Origin: Octopus sinensis
Lineage: Eukaryota
Assembly: GCF_006345805.1 (NCBI RefSeq)
Contig: NW_021834263.1
Location: 1-49,729 of the forward strand
Direction of reading: 5' to 3'
Length of the DNA stretch: 49,729 bases
The translations under genes were made by a program, and so were the position numbers. The notes under the pieces were generated by a model that did not search any database, had not been told where the DNA came from, and worked only from the letters and a program-made list of their open reading frames with translations. This document shows positions 36,180 through 49,729 of this stretch, one piece after another (positions within the stretch are counted from its first letter, which is position 1; each line of letters opens with the position of its first letter).

Positions 36180-36335
36180 TGTTTATCTTTGTATTTGTCT
36201 TCCATCACCGCTTGACCACTGGTGTTGATTTGTTTACGTCCACGTAAGTTAGTGTTTCGGCAAAAGAGACGTATAGAATAAGTGCCAGGATTTTTTTTAA
36301 ATGTCCTGGGATCAATTCTTTCGACTAACCCCACC
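36180..36335 (+). mobile_element. tRNA-SINE family A, 3' half
   Basis: CACCGCTTGACCACTGGTGTTG...TTCGGCAAAAGAGAC...AGAATAAGTGCCAGG. Confidence 0.8.
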
Positions 36336-36410
36336 AAAGCCATAGTTCAATAATAGAAACAAGTAACAGCATAAAGAAAAGATATATACATCAAAGAAAA
36401 GATATACATT

Positions 36411-36441
<31 letters not shown>

Positions 36442-37934
36442 GTATGTATTTTATATATGTACGTACGTATGTATGTATGTATGTATGTATGTATGTATGT
36501 ATGTATGTATGTATGTATGTATGTATATGTGTATATGATATATATATAATCTGATATTATCTGCTGAGTCTTGCGCTGAACTGGTACATTCAATAGAACA
36601 CTGGACAAAATGGCGGTAAATTAGAAGAAATGGTTGGACACCAGACAAAAGAACAGCTTATTTGTAGGATTGATAGACCACCAACTACACCACACAAACA
36701 CGTTCGTAAACACATCGAAATATATAAGAGCCAACAGTACAAACGCCAGAAAATCGGTCGCGCGTTTGTCTATTCACTGCCAGATGTAAAACACTGGATA
36801 TCTTTATCTATTCCTATACGAAATCACGTAACAAAATCTCGTAAACAGAAGGAGCAGTTCTTGTTGCTGAAGTTTTTGCTTTGATAAATAAATGAATTCT
36901 TTTTAGTTAGCTACGGATATTCTACAATAGTGCATATGCATTGTATAAGAAAATATAATACTTTAAGCAGTTGATAGCCTGAAATCTCGCGATAAATCGC
37001 GATTGAAATGTCTGCTAAAATTGATCATTCTGATATCTTTTTCAAACTGCAAAAAAGTTTATGGCTGGAATTTTATTTGTCCATGAGCTAACAATAGAAC
37101 CTTCTGAAATCATTAATATGTTAGTAGTTGTGTTTTGTAATAGATAAACTGATCTCGGCATTGTTATTATCATCTTTTGAACTTCAAATATATCTGAACA
37201 ATAAATGTGTCAGAGTGGTTTTGTGACGATGTATATCTATGATGAGCGAATTTCTTTAATGGCTTTTTGTTTCATTATTGACAGCAGAGGCAATCTAATC
37301 TCGATAAAATAATGATTTAGAAAAACACCGTTGAGGATAAATATTAGGATTGTTGAAATTACAGTGACATTTGAGTATTAGTACTGAAAATGTATGTTTG
37401 CAGTGGTTTGGACTCACATCTTAACGCTACAAACTATTAGTCAACATTTTCTGTCATCTACAGTCTCTAGATGTTTGTTCATAAGCTTTATTAAAACTTT
37501 GGCAACATTAGAACTCGCATTTAATTAAACTCTTACGATGAACATTCACATCTTCAAGACTAATGGTTGAGGATCTCAAACAGCCATCTCTCCGCCACTC
37601 TCTGTGGTCTCGCAACGCAACCAACAGGATCCTCCCCGTCCAGCCCTTGACGTTATCGCTCTGTCGTCATCTTTGTGGCCCACAAGCCCGCTTTCTGTCC
37701 GCCTAGTCTCTGAGGAATCGAACTCTAGGGTTCAGAGAATTGATAAGATAGCCAAAATATTAGTTTTCACCGTCTTGCTATTTTCCCCAAATTTCACTCC
37801 GCTCCATTGTCGCCCTTCCCCCAGAACTCTATCCTTCATTCTACTGTCACTCGTTTGATCAAAAGTACTTGCCTAAACACATCATCTCCAATGCTCTCTG
37901 TATACTTGGTATCAGCAATAAATATTAATTATTA

Positions 37935-38188
37935 ATGCGCCCTTCTTTTAAAGCCTAGCCAGGCTCATGGGCCCTGTTTCCCGGTTTCTATGGCGTATGT
38001 GTTCCCCAGCTGGACGGGACGCCAGTCCATTGCAGCGTTACTCATTTTTGCCAGCTGAGTGGACTGGAGCAACGTGAAATGAAGTGTTTTGCTCAAGAAC
38101 ACAGCGCATTGCTCGGTCCAGGAATCGAAACCACAATCTTACGATCATGGTGCTGACACCCTAACCACTAAGCCACGCGCCTCCACAC
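37935..38188 (-). mobile_element. tRNA-SINE, head H2 + tail T2, with ~9-bp TSD
   Basis: Head/CORE-like body matches 4015-4150; tail matches 34735-34820; TAATTATTA at 37926-37934 and 38189-38197. Confidence 0.88.
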
Positions 38189-38377
38189 TAATTATTAAAC
38201 TTACTATTAATTATACCACATTCCTAATTAAACATAACTGTTATTATCCAGATAACAATAAATAATATTAATTATAGTAGTCCATTAACTGTTTTTACTA
38301 GCTACATTATGACTTGACATAATAACCAAAGAAATTACTAGTCCTTTAATTCTTAAAATATAACCTGTCGACAGCAA

Positions 38378-39264
38378 TATGGGTGGATGTACCCAAAAAT
38401 AACCGCAAACATTCTCTGTGAGACAAGTCCTTTGCAGTTCAGACTTCTGCCGCTAGAAGCCACTTGATGCGACCCTCAGGCATCAGTCTGTAGACCGGCG
38501 TCATCCACTACCAAGGTACTGCCACGTGGCGCGTCTTTGTTTTGCAGTACTTCTTCCTTGTTCGTCGATTTTTGTGATGGCTGAAACGAAGGAACAGCGT
38601 ACTGCCATGAAATTCTGTTTACTGCTGGGGAAAATGACGGCCGAAACAACTGTAATGCCTCAAATAATTTACAGGGACGCTGCCATGAGCAAAACACAAG
38701 TTAACGAGTGGTTTTCACGCTTCAGGAATGGTTACTTGTCTCTTGAAGACCAACCATCGACCAACCAGGACGACCATCGACCTCCCGAATGAATGAAAAC
38801 ATCATAAAAATTCATAAAATGATCTTGGAAGACTGTCACCGAACAAAGGACGAACTTGCTGATATGATTGGTGTGTCCTGGAGCTCCTACCAAGGAGTTT
38901 TGAGCGAAGAATTGCAAATGAAAAGAACTGCAGCAAAATATGTGCCTCGCTGGCTCACAGAAGATCAAAAACAGTCACGACTGAATACATGGAAAGAAAT
39001 GAAAAAAGAGTTTGGAATTTATCCGGACCCTTTTTCGAAAGTCATTGCTGGAGATGAAAGGTGGCGCTACGGAATTTGCAGATGTAGAAGAGGTGAAGAA
39101 AAAAAAGAGAGAGGGAGGCATTAAAAGGAATCACTTCGCAAGAGTTCGAACAATTCTTCCAACAGTGCAAAATCGAGAATACTTTGAAGGTGATAAAAAT
39201 GTAAACATGTAAATGAATCAAACAATATTGCAAAATTCCGGATTTTGTGGGGTACTTCCTCGTA
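38378..39264 (+). mobile_element. mariner (irritans-like) internal-deletion derivative with both TIRs
   Basis: EQRTAMKFCLLLGK...MSKTQVNEWFSRFRNG...KYVPRWLTEDQK...VIAGDERW; 3' TIR ...GGGGTACTTCCTCGTA. Confidence 0.88.
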
Positions 39265-39272
39265 TGAACTGT

Positions 39273-39313
<41 letters not shown>

Positions 39314-39740
39314 TAATCTCAAAAAGAGTAAGTTTAAAATGTGGATTATCAAATCAATTAACAAACTCCCCTAATTGGATTCACACTGTCCTACTGGCCA
39401 CAGATGATGTTTTTTTCTCATGGATGCAATCCTACCATATTGCATTAATTCACCTCAAAGCTGACTTTTCCGCATCAATTTTGTTTTTATTTCAACCTAG
39501 TGGACGATGGTACCATGCTTTATTTCTTTTCTTAGTTTAGCATTTATGAGTGTTAGTGTATATTTGAATTCACTGTCGGAGTTTGATTCGGCTCTTTGCG
39601 TCATAAAGTTTCACAGGCCCTTCTCCTTCACGCTTTAGACTACAGAATATTTAAGTCGCATGGAGACAAATCAAACTTAAAATGTGTGCGCGCGTGTGCG
39701 TGTGTGTGTGTGTCGGTGTGTATGTATGTGTGTGTTTTTT

Positions 39741-39871
39741 GTGTCTGTGTTTGCCACCGCCGCTTGACAACTGGTTACGTTCCCGTGACTTAGCGGTTCG
39801 GCAAAAGTGCCTGATAGAATAAGTAATGGAATTGATTTATTCGACCAGAAATTCTTCCAGGCGGTGCCCCA
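39741..39871 (+). mobile_element. tRNA-SINE family A, 3' half
   Basis: CCGCTTGACAAC...CTTAGCGGTTCGGCAAAAG...GGCGGTGCCCCA. Confidence 0.8.
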
Positions 39872-39922
39872 CTTACACACAAACACACATACACACACAC
39901 ACGTATGTATCCACTCTACTAA

Positions 39923-40316
39923 CATGTTTCAGTCATTTCACTGTGGCCATACTGGAGCACCGCTTTTACTCGAGCAAATCGACCCCAGGACTTATTCTTT
40001 GTAAGCCTAGTACTTATTCTAAAGGTCTCTTTTGCCGAACCGCAAAGTTACGGGGACGTAAACACACCAGCATCGGTTGTCGAGCGATGGCTGGGGGACA
40101 AACACAGACACACAAACATATACACACACATATACATATATATATACATATATATGTCGGGCTTCTTTTAGATTCCGCCCATCAAATCCATTCATAAAGC
40201 ATTTGTTGTCCCGAGGCAATGGTTGAAAAGACTTGCCCAAGGTGCAACGCAGTGGGACTGACCCGGAACCATGTGGTTAGTAAGCAAGCTACTTAACACA
40301 CAGCCACTCCTACGCC
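39923..40316 (-). mobile_element. tRNA-SINE family A, full length
   Basis: Head GGCGTAGGAGTGGCTG at 40316; tail ...TGACTGAAACATG. Confidence 0.92.
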
Positions 40317-40780
40317 ACTTTCAATTATACTTTACGTTTGCAGTAGTGTTTTGCAACGATTCAAAGGGAAAGTTCCAGCATTGCACATCGTTACCTCCAC
40401 TGCATCAATACTGCATCAATACTGCAGTATCAGCAGCAGTAACATCATTAGAACAACAAAGAAGTCATTACTGCCAACGATACAATAACTCCCACCACCT
40501 CCTTTTACACCGACTCTTTTTTCTCCCTTTTTCTCCTCCCTCCTCTCTTTCTTACTCCTTATGCCTCCTCCTCCTCCTCCTCCTCCTCCAAATCCCGCCC
40601 ACGCCGCCATTGGCTACATTGTTTACTTTGCCTCTCTTTCAGTTTTTAGTCCCTTTTTTCCCCTTTGTTTTTTCGCTGCTTTTCCCCTAACTATCCCAAT
40701 TTCGCTCCAGTTTTTAGTGAATGCATGTGTATACACATAAACATGTGCGTATACGCGTATGTGAATCTGTGTCTATGAGA

Positions 40781-40784
<4 letters not shown>

Positions 40785-40868
<84 letters not shown>

Positions 40869-40885
40869 TATTATTGATATATATA

Positions 40886-40942
<57 letters not shown>

Positions 40943-40959
40943 ATATAATATATATATAT

Positions 40960-41040
<81 letters not shown>
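40785..41040. repeat. Long interrupted (TA)n
   Basis: Directly visible; one of many (TA)n, (GT)n and (TACA)n tracts in the window. Confidence 0.95.
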
Positions 41041-41041
<1 letters not shown>

Positions 41042-41106
41042 ATCATTTCACAGGTCTATGTATGTACATACGTATGTTTATATATGTGCACCTATGCACG
41101 TGTGTG

Positions 41107-41153
<47 letters not shown>

Positions 41154-41329
41154 GTGTGTGTATGCGTGTGTGAGTGTGTGTGTATATATAAATATATACA
41201 TATAGATACATATATATATTTATATACACACACACGCACGCATACTCTCTCTTTCACGCACACCCCCCCCCACAGAGTACACAAGCGAGTACACAAGCAC
41301 ATGTTTCTTTTTATGTTTAGTTATAATAA

Positions 41330-41800
41330 AAACTATTTCAAATTAATAGGATGCGTTACTCTATACTTTGGTATAGTACAAATTTATAACCCTTTAACAA
41401 GGAATATTATCGACTGTAACTTCGAAGTTTCACCCAGTGAAGCCATCAGAGGATTGCAATACTTTGAATTTAACCCTGGATTTATATAGTCTGTGTTGAG
41501 TTAAAATCTTCTGTGGGTGTGTATGTTTGAGAGAAGTAGCAATTAGGTTTTAGGGTGGCTTGTTATGGAGACGTGTTTTGAAGAAATTTTTACTGATTAA
41601 ATTTGAAGTTGTGTCATTGTTTAGAATTTATTCATGTATATAGAATCCTGTAAGCAGATGTGAAGAGCTATAGATGTCCCTTTCGGTAGGTATGGGATGT
41701 GTTAGTAGCTTTTGTTGCTTTAGTCTAACGATAACATAACCCCAAATTTAACTTGTTTCAATATAATAGATTGTGAACTGGTCATCTTTTATTTCTACTT
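41330..41800 (-). mobile_element. Possible Penelope-like 3' remnant
   Basis: Minus strand YINPGLNS (PxLN-like GIY-YIG C-terminal motif) immediately followed by a hammerhead-like CTGATGG...GAAACTTCGAAGTT. Confidence 0.4.
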
Positions 41801-41914
41801 TACCTGTTTATGTGTTTAGTACTATATATATGTGTGTATGTATATCCGTGTGTGTGTGCATCTATGTATGTATGTGTGTATGTATATATTTATGTCTGTA
41901 TGTATATGTATATA

Positions 41915-43047
41915 CGGGGTGTTCAAAAAATTTACACACACTTTGAATAACTGAAAGGGAATATTTATTAAAATGCACCTCCTTTCCAGAAAATATGATC
42001 TACAAATATTATCTAAATGCCTTTAATTAAACACCGTCGCCCCACAAAACAATGTGTACATAATTTAAACAATGCATATAAAGGCATAATTTATTGAAAT
42101 GAATTTTTTAACGATTATATTATCGTCTGTTTTCAAATTGATATCCATTCTGGTCCAGATATTGTTGACAATGCGAAGCAATGGAATCGCAAGCAGCAAA
42201 TAACATTTCATTACGTATTTGATTGCATTCACGTTCAATGGCAACTCTCAGTTCAGCGACTGTTGTTAGTTTCGTAGCGTACACGTTATATTTTAAGTAT
42301 CCCCATAATAAAAAGTCTAATTGTATTCTGCAAAACCTATTCTTCCAAACCACCTGTTTGGTAAGATCTCATTAGGGTAGGATTGTTCATCACGGTGGTA
42401 GTGCGGTGGTCCTCCGCTTTGCTGAAAATAAAATTCCTCATCTTCAAAGACTTCTCTAATGCTTGGTGACAGACTGTTGCAGCATGTTCAAGTCAACGGG
42501 ACCAGTCTCAACAGCATAAAAACAGAATGGTCGAATTAATTCCCTTGATGTAACCAGACTGTAACGCCTAGTAAATGTTCATCCGTAACATGCAGAATTT
42601 CAGGTCCCCAGTACGTGCATTTGGGGCGGTTAATTGAACCATTTACTTTAGATGTAGCCGCATCACGGCACACAAGTTTTGTTGGAAAGCGTGGATCTTC
42701 TAAGCATTTTGCGAAGTACCACTTGCAATACACCATTCTTCTCTCTCTATCATCTTCAATGATAGCATAGATTAATGTTGGGATACAAATTTTCCAATGC
42801 CAGCTCTTCGAAATGCAATAGACAGACGTTTTAAAATCCCTGTGTCACGCATCATTTGCCGCACAGATTTTCCCGGACTTCCGTGAAAATTTTCCAGTAC
42901 TCTCTCTTGCTTTCTGAGGCAATTCCATGTCCGTGGTCTTCCGGAACGGTTCCTCTGTAAATCCTGTAGTTCCATCAGATACATATTTACTCTTTTATCC
43001 AAAATATGGCTATCCATGTAGGCGGATCTGATCGAAACTCTCGTTAA
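41915..43047 (-). mobile_element. rosa-like (DD41D-type) Tc1/mariner relic, 5' end missing
   Basis: TA + TIR CGGGGTGTTCAAAAAATT; RSGRPRT, VNGSINRPKCTYWGPE, LDFLLWGYLKYNVYATKLTTVAELRVAIERE. Confidence 0.85.
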
Positions 43048-43049
43048 TA

Positions 43050-44317
43050 TTGTTTTTGACATAAATAATGAGGGTTTTTTTTATACTTCTTGTATTTTTC
43101 AAAATTAAGATAAACAAAGTTCTTTTCTAATCTAAAATATACTCTCCGTCATTTTCTACAATGGTGTTCCATCTATCTGGTAGACTTGCAAGGCTCCTCT
43201 TCCAAAATTCACTTGTGCGTGGCGAAAAATACTCATCCAATACTGTTCTAATCTCGTCTACAGAATTCATATTTTTGCCGTCCAAATGATTTTGAAGACT
43301 GCGGAATAAATGATATTCAAATGGGGCAATGTCTGGCGAATATGGTTGGTGGGGTTTCGTTTCCCATTCAAACTGCTCCAGCCTTTGTATGTGGCCGGGA
43401 ATTATCCTGATGAAAGAACACCTTTCGTTTTGAAACCAAAGATAGTCGTTTTTCTTCTAGTGCTGACTTAAGCCGCTCAAGCTGCTTGCAGTAGATCTCC
43501 TTTGTTATTGTTTGGTTGGGGGTTGAAAGTTTAAAGTGGACTAAATCTTTCATATCCCACCAAACAAATAACAACACCTTACGTGGGTGAAAACCTTCTT
43601 TAGCCTGGAGTGCCGGTGTTTCTCCTTTCCCTACCCACTGTCTTCGGTGCTTGACATTTTTACAGAGGACCATTTCTTTTTACCAGTCACTTTCAGTCCA
43701 AAAAAGGTTCATTCATGAGATGTGACAGCAAAGAAGAGCACACATTCATTCTCTGCACACGATTAGACTCAGAAAGTTTGAGAGGAACCCATTGACTCAA
43801 TTTGCTGGCTTTTCTGATGGCACGCAGGTGTCGATGAATGGTTGAATGACCAAGCTTCTCTGCTAATTCCTCAACAGTTAAGATTGGATTTTGTTCCACA
43901 TCGGTTTGCAGGACGTCCTCGTCGAGCTCTTCAGATCTTCCAGGTCGAGGCTCGTCTTCTTGGATGTAGTTTCCAGCTCGGAATTTCTGGAACCACCATT
44001 GATACAGGGATTACGCTTATTGTCCGATTCCATGCATATACCGATATACTGCATTTATATTCCTCGCACCGTTGTTGCTTTTATTGAACTCATAAAGCAA
44101 AATATGCCGCATATGCGCTTTTGTCAGTTCCGTTATAGATTTGAGAGAATAACTTTTATAAATCGAACTACACTCTTCAAAACTTGCACTAAGAATAAGG
44201 ACAATGTAAAATTACTACCTGCTTTTATAACAAATTGATGCAAGTAGTTTATCCCGTCCCACTCCGATTTTTAGTTCATGCAATTTAGAAAACTGCATTA
44301 TTTACGGGATGACCCAA
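43050..44317 (-). mobile_element. Near full-length (~1.27 kb) decayed mariner (cecropia-like)
   Basis: TA-flanked TIR TTGGGTCATCCCGTAAATAATGC with a degenerate partner at 43050; SQWVPLKL, HPRKVLLFVWWD, FHQDNSRPH, PYSPDIAP motifs; multiple stops and frameshifts. Confidence 0.9.
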
Positions 44318-44467
44318 TATATATATACATGTGTGTGTGTGTGTGTGTATTATGATTTGTAGATACCATACCTGCACTTGGTTATTGTCCTGGTTCAAGC
44401 TAACCGCATCGAGTTGTAAGAAGCACCTAGAATTACTTAGGGGTGATCAATCTCACTGTAATATATG

Positions 44468-44509
<42 letters not shown>

Positions 44510-44661
44510 CAATAAGAAAATGGAGGGAAAAGAAGTATGTCTTTTGCGCTAGGAAGCCATTATTTAATTAGTTAAAAAAGGTGAGAGTGAGTTTACGATC
44601 GTTAAGTGTTTCATGGTGAGGAAAAAAAATATATTTTTGCCTCGTTGCCAATGGTAGACAT

Positions 44662-44733
<72 letters not shown>

Positions 44734-45069
44734 ATACAGGTTGTTTGAGATAAATTTGATTGTTTTTTGTGTACCTTTTTTCTAGGAAGAGCTTGATGTA
44801 TTGATGAACAGTCAGAAACTTAGGAGAGCACAAGGATTAAAGTTCCATCTGAGAAAAGATTAGCTGACAAGGCAGCCTGTAAGGCATCTGAATATTAGAG
44901 ATAATCTGATGGGTAAATTTTGGGTTCGTTTCATTGGATTATGAAGAATTTCGGGAGTGTAAATCCAAGACAAATATAATGAATACGGCGACTGATACAT
45001 TTGTAGATTTAGTTATTTTTTAAAAGTTAATTATACAGCTACATGGAGGAACCTGTTAGTCTTATTTAT

Positions 45070-45412
45070 GTGACCACAGATCTGTATATGAAAAGTCTCC
45101 GATCTTGGCAAAGCAGCATCGACTGTGACTATAGACACCCACACACGAGTGACAATCTCGTTTGCAGTGGATGCAATTAGCAGTATTGTCCTCCTGTCTT
45201 GTCCTGGCACTGTTTTTCCGTTGATATATATTTTCTTCGTCTGAAAGTATAAACCTCCCTTCTCTTGATTTTTAAAACTTTCTCCATTCGATGCGAGAAT
45301 TATCCTTCCACTGTTCAACGTTCATGTAAAGAGACATCCCGAAACTCTTGCAGTAATTCTGGGTCGAAAACCGACTAAAAGCTGTGGTCTCTTTTGGGGG
45401 ATCCTGTCATCT
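45070..45412 (-). mobile_element. RTE-clade LINE 3' fragment
   Basis: DDRIP...EQWKDNSRIEWRK...CIHCKRDCHSCVGVYSHSRCC matches the RTE ORF2 C-terminal CxxCxRDCHSRIGLYSH motif. Confidence 0.72.
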
Positions 45413-45500
45413 GAAATGCGGTGTACGTGACCTTTCCGGGGAAGACATGGCACGGACCAGGATCTCGTTGTTGGTGACCCAGTCAATTCAATTGATTTTC

Positions 45501-45623
45501 AGCGCAGGCATGGCTGTCTAGTAAGAGGTTTGCGTGGTGCCTTGGACAAATATCTTCTACTTTAGCCTCAAATGACCAAAGCCTTTTGAGTGAATTTGGT
45601 AGACGGAAACTGAAAGAGGCTCC
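45501..45623 (+). mobile_element. tRNA-SINE family A, 5' half, deleted
   Basis: GCGCAGGCATGGCTG...GACCAAAGCC...GGTAGACGGAAACTGAAAG. Confidence 0.75.
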
Positions 45624-46599
45624 AGGCCTCATTGATATAAAGCAGTATGCTAAAGAGGCAAGTTCTGTAGACAGTGACCTCGGTCTGAGCCGTTAGCTCG
45701 TTGTTCTCACTTCTCATTGTCATTCTGGGCAATGTTGAAGCTATTCCTCTAATACTCGTCCTAGACCCTTGAGAAAGGTCGTCCTTGATAAGCTAAAGCG
45801 TATATACTCGTAGACTATCTCAAATTCGTATTTGCAGATGCTAATATGTGTGTATACACACAATAAACACACATATACATGCATAAATACATATATCTTA
45901 TATAACATACATGCATACATACATATTGTGTACATATAAAGCTGCTTATAAAACTGCGGTTGCCAGAGAATTTCTACGGCTTCACCAGCCGTATAAAACT
46001 TTGCGTATAAAACAGAAAATAAAGAACATAAAAACATACCAGTGTGTGCCCATCTATCTCCCCACCTGTCCCTTTTATTCTCTATTAAACCTTGTTTATT
46101 ACGGATCGTGATAAAATGATATGTTAATGCAGAAAATATATCACTTCATCACTTTCACTTATTCATACAACATAACCAGTCATGCGCAATACCTCGCGGC
46201 CTCTGCATTTCCGTCTTTCTATATGATCCTGTGTATTCCCTTAACAAAAGAAAAGCGAAACGCACACCCACCCACACATTTACACCGTATAGTCACATAG
46301 GCATGCAAAACACGGGAAACTAACAATACCCCTCAGCGACCCATCAATGCTTGACATTATTTTCAAATATTGAAATATTTTCGCAGTTTTTCCCTTTGTA
46401 TATGTGTTTTCTTAAGAGGGGTTTCTCTGCGGGTTTGTTTCGCAGGGCTTACTCCAAAAGTTGTTTGTATTGGTTACGGTCGTTCTAACCGTCTACAGAA
46501 CGCAAACACGAAACTCAGTGGAACTGGTAGCAACGTTTTCTGATAAATAGATACATAGAAACGATAATTTATACATACACTTATATAATGTGTGTGTAT

Positions 46600-47835
<1,236 letters not shown>

Positions 47836-47869
47836 CTCAGAGTTGCCAGCTTCCACAAAAGTTAACCAG

Positions 47870-47927
47870 TTCCCACGCCGGGAATCGAACCCGGGCCACC
47901 TGGGTGAGAGCCAGAAATCCTAACCAC
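47870..47927 (-). tRNA. 5'-truncated tRNA-Glu(CTC) (~58 of 72 nt), non-functional as it stands
   Basis: GTGGTTAGGATT-TCTGG-CT-CTC-AC-CCAGG-TGGC-CCGGG-TTCGATT-CCCGG-CGTGGGA-A: anticodon and T stems pair, followed by CTGGTTAAC-TTTT (Pol III terminator-like); the first ~14 nt are replaced by (TCTA)n. Confidence 0.85.
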
Positions 47928-48019
<92 letters not shown>

Positions 48020-48055
48020 GGATAGATAGAGAGACAGACAGACAGACAGACAGTC

Positions 48056-48086
<31 letters not shown>

Positions 48087-48087
48087 T
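47928..48087. repeat. (GATA)n/(GACA)n tract = tail of Tx1-like copy 2
   Basis: Directly visible between the tRNA fragment and the LINE 3' end. Confidence 0.9.
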
Positions 48088-48572
48088 AAGTTTCTTTATT
48101 GGCCACACAGGGCTGCACACAGATGGGACAAGTTACAAGGTAGAGCTTTTCTTTTGGGGGAGAAAAAAAAAGGTGGCGTAGGTTTTCGATCAAAAGGGAT
48201 CGTAAAAGGGAAAAAAGGGAAAAAAGAAAAGAAAAATGAAAAAGAAGAAAAAAGAGGAAAAAAGGGGGAGAGGAAAAAAAACGATCAATAGGGATCGTGT
48301 ATCACAGCGTCATGATGTACGGTGTAAAGGGGAAAGCAAGTAAGGTTTATCCGTGGGAAGAAAAGCCTACGAAAAAGACCACGGTAACCTTGGTCAATAT
48401 TACCACATGTGTTTGCAAGTGGGTAACCCTCTGTTTTCAATTTCTGGGTTCATAGGATTATGCTCAAGGTGGCTTCGTCATTCATACGTGCCATCCTTGC
48501 TACATTCACCCATCTTTTTTTAAAATGTTCGCTAGACAAAACTTTCCTCTCTACTCTGAAGAAGTTGATGAC
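48088..48572 (-). mobile_element. Tx1/L1-clade LINE, 5'-truncated copy 2
   Basis: Closely similar to 46824-47300, with a ~24-bp deletion near its 5' junction and a 9-bp insertion; (GATA)n on both sides. Confidence 0.9.
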
Positions 48573-48674
48573 AGATAGACAGATAGATAGATAGATAGAT
48601 AGATGATGATAGATAGATAGATGATAGATAGATAGATAGATAGACAGACGACAGATAGATAGATAGATAGATAG

Positions 48675-48715
<41 letters not shown>

Positions 48716-48723
48716 GGTAGATA

Positions 48724-48792
<69 letters not shown>
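48573..48792. repeat. Interrupted (GATA)n tract
   Basis: Directly visible. Confidence 0.95.
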
Positions 48793-48799
48793 GCACCTA

Positions 48800-49692
48800 T
48801 ACGAGGAGGTACCCAAAAGTAACCGGAAACGTACTCTGTGAGACAAGCCCGTTGTAGTTCAGGCTTCCGCCGCTAGAAGCCACTTCACTTAATTCGACCC
48901 TCAGGCATCAGTCTGCTGACCGGCGTTATTAGCTCTAGTCGTAATGTCACGTGGTGCATCTTTGTGCGTCGATTTTTGCAATGGCTGAAGCGAAGGAACA
49001 GCATGCTTCCGTGAAATTCTGCTTTCTGCCGGGGAAAACAGCGGCCGAAACAGTTACCATCCCTCAAATAGCTTACAAGGATGATGCCATGAGCAAAACA
49101 CAAGCTTATGAGTGGTTTTCACGCTTTAGAAATGGTCATTTGTTGCTTGAAGACCAATCTTGCTCAGGACAGCCGTCGACCCCACGAACGAATGAAAACA
49201 TCACGAAAATTCTTAGAGGACCGTCGCCGAGCAATTGACGAACTTGTTGATGTGACTGATGTGTCCTGGAGCTTCTGCTAACGGATTTTAGGCGAGGAAT
49301 TGCCTAATGAAAAAAGTTGTACACCGCTTTGATGTGAGACAATTTTTGACCAAAAATGGCATGAACCCGCTTACCCACCCCCTTATTCACCTGATCTTGC
49401 TCACCAGGATCTTATTCACCTGATCTTGCTCACCAGGACTTTTTTGTTCTACGAATGAAAAAGGTCGTTGAAGGAAAACGATTTGCAATTGTGGAAGAGG
49501 TGAAGTGAAAACGACGGAGATGTTAAAAGGCATTACTTCGCAAGAGTTCCAGAACAGCTTCAAACAGTGGAAAATGCGCATGGATTGATGCATTACTTCA
49601 AATGGAGAATACACTGAATGCGATAAAAGTGTAGAACTAGGTGAATAAAAGAATATTGCAAAATTCCGGTTTCTTTTGGATTCACTTTCATA
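48800..49692 (+). mobile_element. mariner (irritans-like) internal-deletion derivative with both TIRs
   Basis: TIR TACGAGGAGGTACCCAAAAGTAACCGGAA; EQHASVKFCFLPGK...MSKTQAYEWFSRFRNG; HPPYSPDLA; same family as 38378-39264. Confidence 0.9.
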
Positions 49693-49729
49693 AACTTATA
49701 TATTTAATGAATTGTGCATAACATTTATA

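Noticed and set aside
45031-45318. 95-aa ORF with an acceptor-like TTTCAG as a host exon
   Set aside because: Another frame gives the RTE C-terminal zinc-finger motif, so it is a LINE remnant.

Overview
About 50 kb of AT-rich, microsatellite-saturated animal DNA. The tRNA-derived SINE families and repeat style point to an octopod cephalopod (inference from remembered repeat families). No intact host protein-coding gene can be supported: almost all listed ORFs are microsatellite read-throughs or decayed transposon fragments. The window is a dense transposon graveyard: roughly 20 tRNA-SINE copies or fragments, at least 7 Tc1/mariner relics (cecropia-, irritans-, rosa- and maT-like), a hAT-like transposase relic, non-LTR retrotransposon fragments of four clades (HERO, R4/Dong, RTE, Tx1/L1), Penelope-like remnants, two foldback MITEs and a probable non-autonomous Helitron. 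Most notable: (i) several minimal type-I hammerhead ribozyme motifs with palindromic stem III, the best at 32786-32878, plus an inverted pair inside a ~325-bp palindrome at 3129-3453; (ii) two Tx1-like LINE copies with (TCTA)n tails, one abutting a tRNA-Glu(CTC) exactly at its TCT(A)|GTGG position; (iii) all four head/tail combinations of two SINE heads and two SINE tails; (iv) tail-to-tail SINE pairs, internal inversions in two Tc1/mariner relics, and a 20-bp minisatellite with a CArG-box core. All alignments, folds and translations were done by eye; boundaries are approximate unless a TSD or TIR is quoted.
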